Shown here piece after piece: positions 46,221-59,369 of a DNA stretch of 64,000 nucleotides; the first letter of the stretch is position 1, and every line of letters starts with the position of its first letter. The notes beneath the pieces are model-generated. The model was not told the DNA's origin and made no database searches. It saw nothing but the letters and a program-made list of their open reading frames with translations. The position numbers and the translations under genes are program-made. This DNA comes from Azolla caroliniana. Its lineage: Eukaryota > Plantae > Polypodiophyta. Location: positions 19,282,001 to 19,346,000 of the forward strand of contig JBHGNT010000006.1 of NCBI GenBank assembly GCA_043228905.1, written 5' to 3'.

Positions 46221-49200
46221 ATGATCTATGAGACTAACCCACGCCATTTACGACTATGCTTTTGGAATTGCAATGGATACCCATGGAATGCGGGATTTGG
46301 CATAGAGGAGTTCACCGATGACTCGGATATCACACTTCTTGTTGAAACATGGGAGCATGATACTCAAAGGATTCAAGGTTTAAGAAACTATAATGTACAC
46401 TCTTTGATATGGAAGAAAAATCCAAGACAAAGAAGAGGACAAGGAGGGATGGCATGTTTGATTAAGAAGGAAGTAGAGAAATATGTGTCAATCATAAAAA
46501 CGGATGAACATAAATGTTACATATGGCTCAAAATAGAAACACCTAATGATTTGCCCACTTTTGTAGTTGGATGTTACAATCCTCATCAAGATTCTAACTT
46601 TTATGATTGTTTGGATAAAGATCAATCATTTGCCAATCTAGAAGATGATATTGCTTATTTCAAATCCAAAGGGGAAGTTATTGTCTTTGGTGACATGAAT
46701 GCTCGTATAGTTTCCAACTTGATTCACAAGAATCTTTCATGCCACATATCTCAAGGATGCAAGAGGATATGCAAATTTATAGCCGCTCTTGTAGTGATGA
46801 AAAAGATCCGGACCAATTTGGGAAGTTACTCCTACAAATGTGCAATAGTACCGCATTGCTTATTGCAAATGGTATTTCCTTATGGCCCAACACTAATGGT
46901 TTTACATGTAGAAAACACAACGAAAATAGTGTGATTGACTATGTGCTACTTTCCGAAGGTATTTTGGATCATATACATAAATTCTCACTTGGTGAATGGA
47001 AACCGGAATCCAATCATAGGCCTTTATGTATTGATCTCAAATGTATGCATAGGTTTGATTTTGAGAAGGCTATTGAAGATAATAAACAACCACACTTGAG
47101 CATGAACCTTAAGCGGGCACCCATGTATTCCAAGATGGTTGAGGATATGTTACAAATGACAAAGATACAACATGGTGCCACACTAGAATGCAAATGGGAA
47201 GCTTTCAAGAAAGTCATTCCCTCCTGTACAAACAAATGTTTTTCGACCAATCGCATATCTTGGAAATGCACCAAGAAACTTAGGAAAAAATGGTTTGATA
47301 AACAATGTCGTGAAGCTCGAAAGTGCCTTATGGTTTTGGATGTAGTTAAGGATAAAGAGAATTACCAAAAGCATTTGCATGAGTATAAAAGGCTTATTCA
47401 AAGAAAGAGAAGAATATGAGAAGTTACTCAACAATTTATCCAAACGCAAGAGAAAGCACATGCATGTGCTAAATTTTGGGGAAATCTAAAGGGGAAACGT
47501 GTTGAGAGTTATGGTGACTTAACTCTTCACGACTTGTCTATGCATTGTAAGAATTTATATGAGTTATCTCTTGTCGGAAAGATGATTTGTTATGGTTCTC
47601 TTTCTCATATGACTCCCTTCTTTACAATTGAAGATATATGCATAGGACTTAAGAAATTGGCCTCTCGAAAGGCTAGCGATCTTCAATGTATAAGGCTGAA
47701 ATGCTCAAATGGACGGGAAAGGAAGCACATATATGGATAAGCGATATGTTTAATGATGCATTGCAACATGGTATGCCGTACGATTGGACTACAAATTGGA
47801 TCAAACCTTTACATAAAGGTGGAGATATAAATAATGTAAACAACTATCGAACCATCATGGTTGGCTTATTAATGGCAAAACTATTTGGATGTATAATGGA
47901 ATCAAAGATAAGTGTATGGGCTGAAAAAAATAGTAAGAGAGCTTATGGACAAGCTGGCTTTGGGAAACCCCATAACACCATTGATCACCTTATCACCCTT
48001 CGAGTATTAATGGAGGAAAGTCGCCTTAGAGGTAAAGGTTTATATCGTTGCTTTGTAGACTTCAAGAAAGCTTTTGATATGGTACCTCGTGAGCATCTTT
48101 GGAGGCGAATGGAAGAACTTGAGGTGCCAAGTGGATATATGATTGCAATTTCCTGAATTTATGAGAAGGTTATGTGTTGTGTGCGCATGAGAGATAAACT
48201 TTCAGATTTTTTCAAAAGCACTATTGGTGTTAAGCAAGGATGCCCACTCTCACCAACGCTATTTGGTGTATGCATTGATGAATTGGAAGAAATGGTTACC
48301 AAGTTTGCAAAGGAAGAATGTGTTGAAGAAGTTGCCATTGGGAATGTTGTGATTATGCTTTTGCTATATGCAGCTGATGTAGTGCTTTTTGCAAATACTT
48401 TAGGAGATGCACAAAAGCTTATGAAGGCATTGGAAAATTTTTGCATGCATACTAATTAAGTGTCAATAGCTCTAAAACAAAGATTATGCTTGTGAAGAGT
48501 CAAAAAAGAGATAAACCATGCATTATGTACAACAATGAGCCACTTGAATGTCTGGAAAGCTTCAAATATCTTGGCCTTGAAGTTCTTTCAAATCATAGAT
48601 GGAATGAATGTGCTACACGCCGCTTAGAGGCGGGTAAGCGAGCATACTATGCATTTGAGAACACATGCAATCTTGGAGATATTAAGTGTTGGGTCCTCAA
48701 GAAATATCTTTTCGGCACTTTGGTGACACCGGTTCTTCTCTATGGGGTGGAAGTATGGGGCGGTAGCATCCCTAAATCTATGTGGGAAGAGTTTGAAAAT
48801 GTCCAAAAACATTTTCTTACAAAGTTTCTACAGGTTAAGAAACAAACGCCCTACACCCTCCTCCTCCTTGAGATGGGATCACTTCCCATTGAGATCATGG
48901 CAATGGAAAGGGTTGTTGAATACATACTTCCTACAATTGCGTGGGAAGCAAGCAAAAAGATCCAAAAGAGGCATAAAAGCAAAATTTTGTGTTCCAGTTG
49001 GATGCAAGATATAGAAAAATGGTTTGGTAGATGGGATGCGAGACACTTGCTTCATGATGCATCATTAGATTCCTCTATAAATGAGGCCTTCTTGCAACGC
49101 CAATGTATCATGACATGGGACAAATGTGGAGTCTCACACTTCACACATTATATTACACATGTTGCACCTAACTACAAAACCATATTCTTTGCGGAATGGG

Positions 49201-49559
49201 GAAATCATACACATCAATACATGTTAGAGCCCATACCGTTATCTACCATTCGAACGATTGCTTCCATGTGACTTACCTCACATGCATTGCGATGTGAAAC
49301 AGGGCGTTGGGGCACAAGTGATGAGAGTGGTCGACTATGCACACTTTGCCCTAAACAAGTTCGCGAGTCTGAGTATCACACTTTGATACAATGCTCTGCC
49401 TTTGATCATATTCGACCATGCATTCCACATCTCTTCGATTGAGCCCAATCTTTGCATGAGTTCCTCTCACAACCACCATGTGCACTCTCGATTGCAACAT
49501 TCATTCGTAAAGTTTTTGAACATCGAGAGTCCCTACTCACTTTCACACGTATCACGTGA
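46221..49559 (+). pseudogene. LINE ORF2 (APE endonuclease, RT, zinc finger)
   Basis: FWNCNG, LVETW, FGDMNAR, SVIDY, FVDFKKAFD, GVKQGCPLSPTLF and YAAD (mutated YADD) motifs, with frameshifts and stops. Confidence 0.9.
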
Positions 49560-49613
49560 AATGTAATAGTTTTTGGTCTCATAGGTCATATTTGACCTTC
49601 GAAGACGATAATT

Positions 49614-49668
<55 letters not shown>

Positions 49669-49773
49669 CCACGCGTATTCTCTGTGTTAAGTTCTCCATT
49701 AAACCTTTTCTCATTTTCTATTGCTATCCGGCTGAGCCGGTTTGTCAAACGCTTCCGCACGCTAACTTTCACA

Positions 49774-49785
49774 TGGTATTAGAGC
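49774..49785 (+). promoter_or_regulatory. PBS of L, tRNA-iMet
   Basis: TGGTATTAGAGC, one mismatch from TGGTATCAGAGC, directly after the LTR end. Confidence 0.85.
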
Positions 49786-49829
49786 ACGAGGGTTGAGAAC
49801 CTCTGCAACCGACAGACGCTTTCGAAGAC

Positions 49830-52800
49830 AAACCCTAATACCCTGTAAGGACAGATAGAGAAGCTCGACCGGAGCAACTACGCATCCTGGTCATATAAAA
49901 TGCACTAGTACTTGATGGGGCATGGATATTGGAGCTACGTGGAAGGAACCAACAAGGTAGCGCCGGAGGCAGCACACAAGGACTTCCCGGCATGGGAGCA
50001 AGGAGCGAGCCGAGTTTTGTACTACCTCGCCTCCTGTGTGCACGATCAGATGCTCGGCTACATCAAGGATGCAAAGACGCCAAAGGAGGCTTGGGAAAAT
50101 CTACGGAAGATTTTCACCGTGAGTACCACAACCTGTAAGTTGCACCTCCGGCAAGAACTGAACAACATCTGGCAAAGAGACATGTCGGTTACGTACTACA
50201 CTACCAAGATAAAGGAGATTTGTGACGCGCTCGAGTCCATCAACCTGACGGTGGACATGGACGAGATGGTCCAGATTTGTGTCGGTGGTCTAGCACAACG
50301 GTAAGGGCCAATCCGGACGACAATTTGCACCCAGGAGAAACCACCGTCCTTCTTCGACTTACAATAAATATTGATGGTCGAAGAAAACCACACGAGTGGG
50401 TCGAGGACCACTCAATTGGACAACCGAATGCTGTACACGGAGGCAAATCGACCCCGTGGGTGTGGAGGACGAGGTGAGTCGACATGCAATTGAAGCGGCC
50501 GGCAAGAGCAGAATCGAAGGCACAGAGACGGTGCCGACAACAGGGGGAGTCAAGTCGGAGCCAGAAACCGGCAAGGAAAAGTCGACACGGAATGTTGGTA
50601 CTGTGACAAAAAGGGCCACAGGGAAAGCGAGTGCTGGAAGAAGCGCGCCTATTCAGAGAAATCCGGATCTCGCAAAGTCGGACGAGAAAACCAACAAAGC
50701 TCGCACTACGCAAAAGGATCGGAAGGATCTGGAACCGGAAAGACCGGTAAAGGGCCAGCCTTCGTGATGAAGCACAAGGCTAACTCGATGAAGAAGACTA
50801 CTTCCAAATCGGAGGAAGTATGGTACATTGAATCCGGAGCGTCCAACCACATGACGAGCCATGAAGAGTGGTTCTCTTTTTTGGAGAAACCAGAACAACC
50901 GGGGCTTGTTGAAACCAGAGATGACACCCCTCACCCGATTGTGCATGTCGGAGAATTCCTTTTAAGCCATGTCGGACAAAAGGGGAAGCTAATGAACGTA
51001 TTTCCCATTTTGACTATAACAAAGAACCTGGTATCGTATTACCCGGAGCCGTAACAAACTTGACTTAATCCATTCGGATGTATGGGGACCGACACAAAAC
51101 ATTAGTCTTGGTGGGAGTCAGTATTTCGTCTCCTTCATCGACGACTACAGCCGACACACGTGGATCTACCTCATCGAGAAGAAAAGCGAAGTCTTAGAAT
51201 GTTTTCGGAACCTTCAAAGCTTAGTTGACCGGGAAACCGAGAGGAAGATCAACTGCCTATGGTTGGATCGGAAAGGAATACTTTTCCGACCAATTAATCG
51301 ATTATCTGCGGCAAAAGGGAATTCGGAGAGAATTCAGCTGCAAATACACATTGGAGCAAAACGGTGTGGCCGAAAGGAAGAACCAGTCGATTGTCGGCGT
51401 GGCAAGGGCAATGCTGGAGGAGAAGAGCATGCCTGAATTCTACTGGGTTGAGGCAGTCTGGACGACCGTCTATATCCAAAACTGGATCAGAGATGAGGTG
51501 TCAGCACATGAGCTATATTTAAGGCGGAAGCTGAATTTGAGACACCTTCGGATATTTGGTATCATAGCATACGTGCATGTACCAGATGAGAAGCGGAGGA
51601 AGTTGGATCTGAAATCGGAGAAGTGCATCGTAGTTGGTTACTCGCATGAGCAAAAGGGGTATACGTGCTATAACCCCCGGACTAAACAGATACGAGTAAG
51701 TCGAGATGTCGAGTTTGATGAGTCGGCATCATGGTATCCCTAACGACTCCAACTCCCGACGAAGACCCGATTCCTGAAGATGAGGCTAGTGAGCCCGAGG
51801 AGGTCCAGGAAGAAGATGAAGACTTCGGCACTCTAGAAGAGAGTCTAATCTCATTCCGGCTAAGTGGACCGAATGAATGGCTGAGTCGGGATGACCAGTC
51901 AAATGAAGAACCAACGAGTAGTGGAGAATCTGTCGTGGTCTCCCCGCGTAAGGAACCGAGGAGATGGTTCACGCACAAAAAGAAGGGGAAGAAGAAGATG
52001 CCGGAATACGATACCGGTAGTGAAGGGTTGGATCAGATCGGAACTGACCCCGGAAAGGAAGAAGGCGGATCTTCATAAAGGAAGTCTGAACCGGCCAAGA
52101 AGGGCCTCAACCGGCTAACGGAAAGTTATGCAGCTCAATCCGCTAGAAGAACCCCATCTAGAGGTACGGATACAATGATTACATGGCGCATCACTATGCG
52201 TACATGACTAAGGTGGCGGAGGTGCATGAGCCGGAGAGCTACGCAGAAGCAGTAAAAGACGCACATTGGTGTGCTGCTATGGAGGAAGAAATGCGGGCAC
52301 TTGATGCCAACGACACTTGGGACCTGGTTGGCCCTCCTCGACACTGTAAACCGATCGGTTGCAAATGGGTGTATAAGGTAAAGTACAATGCCGACGGTTT
52401 GGTCGACTGGTACAAGGCCCAGTTAGTGGCGAAGGGATATGCAAAGACCCCACAGAATCGACTACGACGAGGCCTTCGCTCCGGTAGCAAAGATGACGAC
52501 GGTTCGTGTGGTACTAGCTGTTGTTGCGGCAAAGGGTGGCATCTTCACCAAATGGACATGAAGAATGCATTTCTTCAAGATGATCTTGAAGAACAGGTCT
52601 ATATGATCCAACCCCCCGGATTCCAATCGAAGATGAACAAGTTGGCAGTATGTCGTGTCAAGAAGTCACTTTACGGTTTGAAGCAAGCCCCCAAAGCTTG
52701 GAATGCGAAGATAACGCACCGGTTGCGTAAGATGGGGTTTGCGGCCTCAAAGTCGAGTGAAGTCCCAATTGTCAGATGCATTCGAAATGAAGGACCTAGG

Positions 52801-54239
52801 GGACCTTCATTATTTTCTTGGGATCGAGGTGATCCGAAACCCTGACGGCATATTGCTCTCACAACGCCATTATGTGTTGAATATGATGTACAAGTTCGGC
52901 ATGAAGAAATGCCGACCGATCTCTACACTCCTAGACCGGAACCTAAAGCTACGTCTTAACTCCGGCCCAACCTGCAATGAGAATCGGTTCCGACAAATTG
53001 TCGGAAGCCTCATATACTTGACAATCACTCGACCCAACATCAGTTACCCAGTCGGAGTGATCAACCAGTTCATGTAGAAGCCGATCATCGAGCACCTTCA
53101 ATGTACACACCGAATACTCCGGTATGTTAGCGGCATGAAGGACCGAGGACTGTTATACCAACACGGTATAGTTGGGAAGCTAGTTGGATATACCGATGCC
53201 GACTGGGCTTGTGATGCATCAGATCGCCGATCCACCTCCGGTTGCATGTTTTCTCTAGGTAGCATGGCTGTTGCATGGAGCAGCAAAAAGCAGCCGACAG
53301 TGGCTCTATCGAGCACTGAGGCTGAGTACCGGGGCGCTACCAATTCCACCTGTGAAGCCATCTAGCTTCGGCGACTGCTGTGAGACCTTTGGATTGAGGT
53401 GCCAACCCCGATCCTGATTTATTGTGACAACGTAAGTAGCATACAACTCGCCAAGAACCCTGTATTCCATGCTCGGACAAAGCACATAGAGAGTGCATTA
53501 TCACTTTGTTCATGAGCTGAGTGGTGAAGATGAATTTCAGTATGTTTAGATGGATCGGCAGGTTGCTGACATCTTCACCAAGCGGCTTGGATCGGACAAG
53601 TTGCAACATTTTTCAGAGATGCTTGGCGTTCAACATCTCGATGTGCCACACTTGAGGAGGAGAATAGGAATGGGAACGGATGGCACCAAACAAGGAGCCG
53701 GAGAGGAAGAAAGAACCAAGGGGAGAGATGAGCAGATAATGGAAGCCAAGCCGACCAAAGGAGTCGGCATATCCAAACAAGTTGGAGCAAGTGCCGGCGG
53801 CGGTAGAGTCAAGAAGGATAGAGTCGACCAGAAGAATGCCAAGACGCAGGCGTGGTTCAATGTGATGAAGGGCCTAAAAACGGAAGATGAGTTCGAGACT
53901 ACCAACTCAGACACGAGCTGGAACGAATTGGAGGAAGCCAATTCGGTTCAAGGTTCGGAGAAGTCGGACCAACTAAAGGCCAAGCGGACGAGAAGGCAAC
54001 GGAAGTCGACATCAACACGGAGGAACCGATGGATAGACAAGCGTCGGAGTCATAACAACGAAGGAGCTGAAATGGGCATATTGAGTAGAGAACCCGACCA
54101 AGGAGGTCAAGGTATGCAACACCGGATGGGTCGCTGGAAGCAGAACCGGACCGGACGAGGAGCGCGAGGAAGGCGGGAGGATGTCAGAAGGAGCCGAAGG
54201 AAAGGACCGGCTATTGTAGACACTGACACCACAATCTGA
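49830..54239 (+). pseudogene. pol: gag-pol of copia L with C-terminal extension
   Basis: WYIESGASNHM, EQNGVAERKN, HQMDMKNAF, GYTDADWA and VADIFTK motifs; internal deletions at ~51035 and ~52756. Confidence 0.88.
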
Positions 54240-54263
54240 CCTCAAATTGAGCTTGAGGGGGAG

Positions 54264-54691
54264 TGTTGAGCGAGCAAGCTCAACCGGATCCGGATCAGCT
54301 GAATAAGACAGAGCCAGATCGGCTGAATAAGCTAGAGTCGGATCGATATCTGGATCGGTGTCCGGATGATATCGGGAACCAAGAGCCGGATCGGATAACT
54401 AGATCGGATTGAAACCGGTAGGCCGTTAGAGGCCTACGGATCCAGCCTAGTATGTAGGCATATTTTTGGGAGTCAGTGATAGTCGCTCATGTGAGCATTG
54501 AAGTACCTGTTAGTACTTCTATCAGTCCTTTATGGACTTGTATAAAAGTTCTCTCTGAGCACATTCTATGTACAGAGTTTCAGAGTGTTATTTTGAATTG
54601 AGTTTATGTTATGCTCTCTCTCTCCCACGCGTATTCTCTGTGTTAAGTTCTCCATTAAACCTTTTCTCATTTTCTATTGCTATCTGGCTTA
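54264..54691 (+). repeat. 3' LTR of L (last ~40 bp displaced)
   Basis: Matches the 5' LTR with an empty short (CT) site. Confidence 0.88.
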
Positions 54692-55221
54692 TGTAAGCAT
54701 GCGAACAAGAGAAAAAGGATAAGGATATTTAGAAGAAGCAGAATGGAGATATTATTATTATTATAAAGAGAGAATATTATAACTAGTAGTTTGCACACGG
54801 ACAAGAGAAAAGATAGAGTTTCTTGTTGAAGCAGAATGGTGAGATATTTATTATAAAGAGAGAATGTTACAGCTAGAGAATTAAGAGAATGATTGATAAT
54901 GTAGGCTAGAAGGCTAGAGATTGGTGTTGCACCAGAATAACTTGAAAGTAGTGAGGGGCTTCCAGTTATAGGAGTAGGTAATTGACACATGCAAGAGCAA
55001 GCAATGACACGTGTCATCCCTTCATGAGTTTCCTTAAATGTTCTAGAAAGTTCCACGGTGTTCCATAATGATCTAGATTGTTCTATAATGTTGTATGCAT
55101 TCATCTCTTAATAATGACATGAATTATTATCATATAATCTAAATGACCTAGTGGGTAAGGTGCTATAACATAAGTGCCAGTGTTGAGGGTTCGAGCTTTA
55201 GCATGACCAATAATCCTGACA
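54692..55221 (-). repeat. 3' LTR of H
   Basis: TGTAAG…CCTGACA adjacent to the PPT. The left boundary is inferred from loss of similarity to the L LTR. Confidence 0.7.
55137..55208 (+). promoter_or_regulatory. tRNA-like Pol III A/B-box module in the H LTR
   Basis: TGACCTAGTGGGTAAGGT (ACCT/AGGT stem)…GGGTTCGAGC; T55144 to T55190 is 46 nt. Confidence 0.7.
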
Positions 55222-55987
55222 CTATCCCCCTCTTGAAACGACGAGTCGCCAGGGAAGAAAGGATAGGTTTTTCCGGATACTTATGATAGAAGGCATCCAC
55301 AAGTGTTTGAGCATTAGTAATGTTGTCAACAGGTTCCCAAGCACGATCATTGGGACTGTATCCAAGCCAATCCACCAAGTAATATAGCTTATTGCGGATG
55401 ATCTTGGAATCAAGGATAGCGACAACCTCATATTCTGGGCCATCAACGAGTTGAACGACAGGTGGAGTGGCACAATACGATGTGGAATAGTGGTAGTAGC
55501 ACAAGGCTCAAGAAGTGAACAATGAAATACTAGGTGAAGACGCATATGGGAAGGTAGATCCAAGCGAAAAGCTACATCATTTATTTGTACAGCAATCCTA
55601 AATGGGCCTAAGCGTTGATGATCCAATTTATCACAAGGGCGTGTTGTTCGCACATGTCGTCGCAGAAGCCATACAAGATCTCCCTTTTGGAAGTTATGTG
55701 GAAGTAAATGTCGATCGGCTTCTGTCTTATGGGATGCTTGAGTGTGTTCTAGGCGGGTCAACACCTCTTCTTGAATATGTCGAATGTGGGACACTCGATT
55801 TTCGGTTGCTAGATTAGTTGGAACTTTGGAAAGCTCTAAGAAATTCCATCGAGGGTGATGACCTGTATATGCAAAAACTAGAGTGACCTTAGTGGAAGAG
55901 TGGACGAAATTGTTGTATGCAAACTCCGCGAAATGAAGAATATCGGCCCAATCATCTTGTTAATAGTTGACAAAACAACGAAGATAT

Positions 55988-56444
55988 TGTTAATCAGCTA
56001 ATTACTAACTACTACCGATACAGAAGAGTGAACGTCGCTACTCAACGTTCTAACAAGGAATTGTGTTTTACGAACGGAATTATACTATATTAATCGGTAA
56101 TTACCGTGATTGTTACTTAGTTATAAATTAGGAAGCTTGCACTTAACAACATAGACAATAGAAAGAACACAGAATCCGTACAGGATATTCCTAACTTAAA
56201 CTTATATTACTAAATAAAACGACCTTTCTTACAATGCATTCGGTTCCCTTTTATAGGTATACCGAAGGTCTTTTCTCATCAAGAACTATTCCTACTTACT
56301 ATCAAGAATTACAAAATTATCTAACTAACTTAGTTCTCTTCGTTTACTGCTGAGTCATTGATCCGAACAGTCGATCCGAACCGACTCCGTTTTCGACGCT
56401 TTCCCACTTGTTCGGTAAAACTGACTGTCCGGGTCCGGGTAACA
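55988..56444 (-). repeat. 3' LTR of I
   Basis: TGTTA…TAACA termini; only a few differences from 62721-63177. Confidence 0.95.
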
Positions 56445-56488
56445 CTAGGCACGTCCGTGGGCCAGGACCTTGTCCAGCGAACCTACGC

Positions 56489-59147
56489 CTATTCCTGTAG
56501 CTCTTCATCCGAATCGTTCAGAATATCAAAAATCGAAGGCTCTTCTGGCCTTGGATGTATTCCCTCTATATCTTCCTCTTCTTCTGTGTCACAATCGTCA
56601 TTCGGAGCAGGTTTTGAATGTTGTGATTCGGTTGGCTGCTCTGGTTCACTTCTTCCAGGAGTTTGAAGACCAGGAGTCTTGCTGGTTCTTTCAGCTTCAA
56701 TTTTATCCAACTGAACGGAAGTGCCTATATCATGTTTGTCGAATTCTTGCATAATACGTTGAATTTCTTCTCTGTAAAATGCCGCAATTTCGTCCATATC
56801 TTTCATGATATCCTCTTGGATATTGTCAATATCCTTTTGTGCTATTTTAAAGAAACCTGCACCTTGGACCTGACGGTTATTTTTGTCGGCACGCAATAAC
56901 TGTAATTCCGCCGCTTGTGCCGTCCATAACTTCCATCCTTGCGCAAGGGATTCATTGATCATTTCCTTTGCTAGGTTTCGATGTTTCCCTATGATGCGCT
57001 GCACTTTGTCCCTAGTGATGCTTGCGACGAATTGAGCGGCTTGCAACTCTTTCCGTAAATCCGTAATAGTGGCTCGGTTTTCACTTTCAGCCCGCATTAA
57101 TTTGGATTCGACTACATATATGTCCAGCCACCTTTGTTCTGATATCTTCCGAACCGTTTAGTTGTTGTTCGAATGTCGATTTCTCTTTGCTCCATTCCTC
57201 CTGGTGTTCCGTAATTCTTCTGTTGACTTCTTCAAGACTCCGCTCTTTTTCTGTCAATTGACTTTCCTGTGACACTATATACCTTTCGAATTCTTCAATT
57301 TGTTCGGTATATGTATGATTGGCCGTCTTAGCTTCTTCCAGATTTTTCTGTAATTCGTTTATTAATTGATTTTTTTCTTCGAGAACTTTGTATTGGCCAT
57401 TCTGAATGGTTTCTATTTGTTTTTCTAATTTTGTAGTTCGAAATACAGCATTGTTGGCCCTTGTTGTTTCTGCTTGTCGTGCTTTCTCAGCATCCTCCAA
57501 TTTCTGCTGCCATTCTGACTCCGACGCCATAAGCCGTGCCTACGTTTCCCATTTGTTTAGACTTTCTTTTAGTTCTTTATTTTCTGCCTGTATGTTACAA
57601 AACTGATGTTTCAGCACCTCCGCCGATGCTGATACACTTTTGTATCTTTCAGCCATATCACTGGCTGCTTTGCGTGCCGTTTCATATTCTTTATGAATTT
57701 CGACCAGTGCTTCATGTAATGGTGGCATTTCAATAGCCTCCCCTCTATTCTGTGCACTTCTTTTCCGGCCGATTTTCTCTATCTCTGCTTTTTCTTGAGG
57801 TTCCAACACTCCTCGTAAGGCTTTCTGTATCATTATTCGGTCATTATGTTCTTGAGCCAGCCGTTCTGATACTTCTGTCAATCTTTTAGCCAACCATTCA
57901 ACCAGTTCGTATGAAGTTCCGAACTGTAAAATGGCAACTAATTCATGTGCTGCTGGTGGAATATCCAAGTACCCATGTGCTTCCCGAATTGCTACTTTTG
58001 AAGATTGGCCTTGTTGAGGTTGTGTCGAAACGCTCTCATTCCCTGGTTTTATTACTTCTGCTACTACAGGCGTATTCGAATTTTCCTTTGTGCGTTGCCT
58101 TTTCGGTGCTGACCCATCACTGTTTTCTGGTTGGAATTGCCTATTAGCCTTTTGTTTAACCCTTGTCCTTTGTCGCATCTTCTCTGGTTGTTGTCGATTT
58201 TCTGTCGGCTGCTGCTTGTTTATCAAATGGTCAACTGTTTCTTGTTCGGCTGCTGGTTGCCTGTTTTCGGAATTCTCTGGTCTTGGTGGTTCCGACTGAG
58301 GCGTATCCGTTTGTATATTATCGGCATGTGCCGATTCTTCCTCTATCCATTCTTCATGTACTACCTGTCGGTGTCTTCGCGGTGCTTGTACTATCGGTGG
58401 TCTTCTTGACTGAACAGGAATTTCTGATTCTTGAATCGGAAACAATACCGATAGCCAACGACCAAAAATTTGCTTCATTGGTTTTCCTGTTTTCACCCCT
58501 TGTAGCTGCTCTCTCAGAGCTTCCCCCGACAATAGTGGCCAGTTGAAATCCTCCTTTTCGTATGCGGCTATGATAAACCCAGCCCTTTTTTTCGGCATAC
58601 AATAAAAATGGGGACTGACAAATCCCACCTCTAGTAAAAATCTAGCCACTTCATGGAAAAACTCATCCCGACCTCCATAAGTCTGATATGCTTTTGCCGA
58701 GGGTGAGTATTCCCCGAAATACGATTGGAGTGCTTCTGATGAAGGTTTTTTAACTGCCTCAAAGCCTCCTCTTGGCATCTGTAATGCATTTTGTATTTTC
58801 TTTGTGGTGACCTTGGTGATGTCTAACTGTTGTACCAATTCTTCCGCCTGCGGATGAGGTTCCGCTTCTGCTACTTTGATGAAACCTTGTAAGTTTCTCT
58901 CATGAAGCCATAGTCGCAGTTCTTCAGACACAGGAATCGGCATGACTTCTGTGTTTGCTTGTTCTGAATCACTTGTCGATGACGGTTGGAGATCTGCACA
59001 GCTTCTGTAGCGATGAAAATCAGAAAAATAGAGTTTGGGCGAACTAGGGCATGAAGGCTCAGACTGTTTCGATATCTGCACTCGTTTCTGTTGTTTTGGC
59101 GACACAGACGATACAGAAATATGCTTTAAAGATATTAACTTATGCAT
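56489..59147 (-). pseudogene. Extra post-pol ORF of I (~880 codons; globular N-domain, disordered linker, long coiled-coil)
   Basis: 57540-59147 and 57087-57530 are in the same frame separated by one stop; 56489-57097 follows after a frameshift. Confidence 0.75.
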
Positions 59148-59369
59148 TATGACTAAAGAATAGTAATTGCTATTAATGTAGGAATTAATTAGTATTAACT
59201 CTACGTGTAGTGGTTGTACTACTTACTAATAATCATGCAATTCCTCTTTCTATTTATAGTCGATTTAGACTGTTATGGCAAGATTGTATTTCTGCATTTG
59301 ACAAGAACTATTGAGTGAGTTAGTTAGTTTTTTTTTTTTTTTTTATATTCTTTTTTTTTTTTTTTTTTT

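Larger units (their letters stand above)
45078..49660 (+). mobile_element. Apparently full-length two-ORF LINE (RTEX-like) with (CT)n tail
   Basis: ORF1 plus ORF2 with APE, RT and C-terminal HALRCETGRW…LCTLC…ESEYH…C. Ends in (CT)n rather than poly(A). The clade assignment is inference. Confidence 0.85.
44484..54691 (+). mobile_element. Element L: Ty1/copia; LINEs in the 5' LTR, 3' LTR interrupted by H
   Basis: LTR halves 44484-44822 and ~49660-49773, PBS-Met, gag-INT-RT-RH, PPT GAGGGGGAG 54255-54263, 3' LTR from 54264. Confidence 0.9.
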
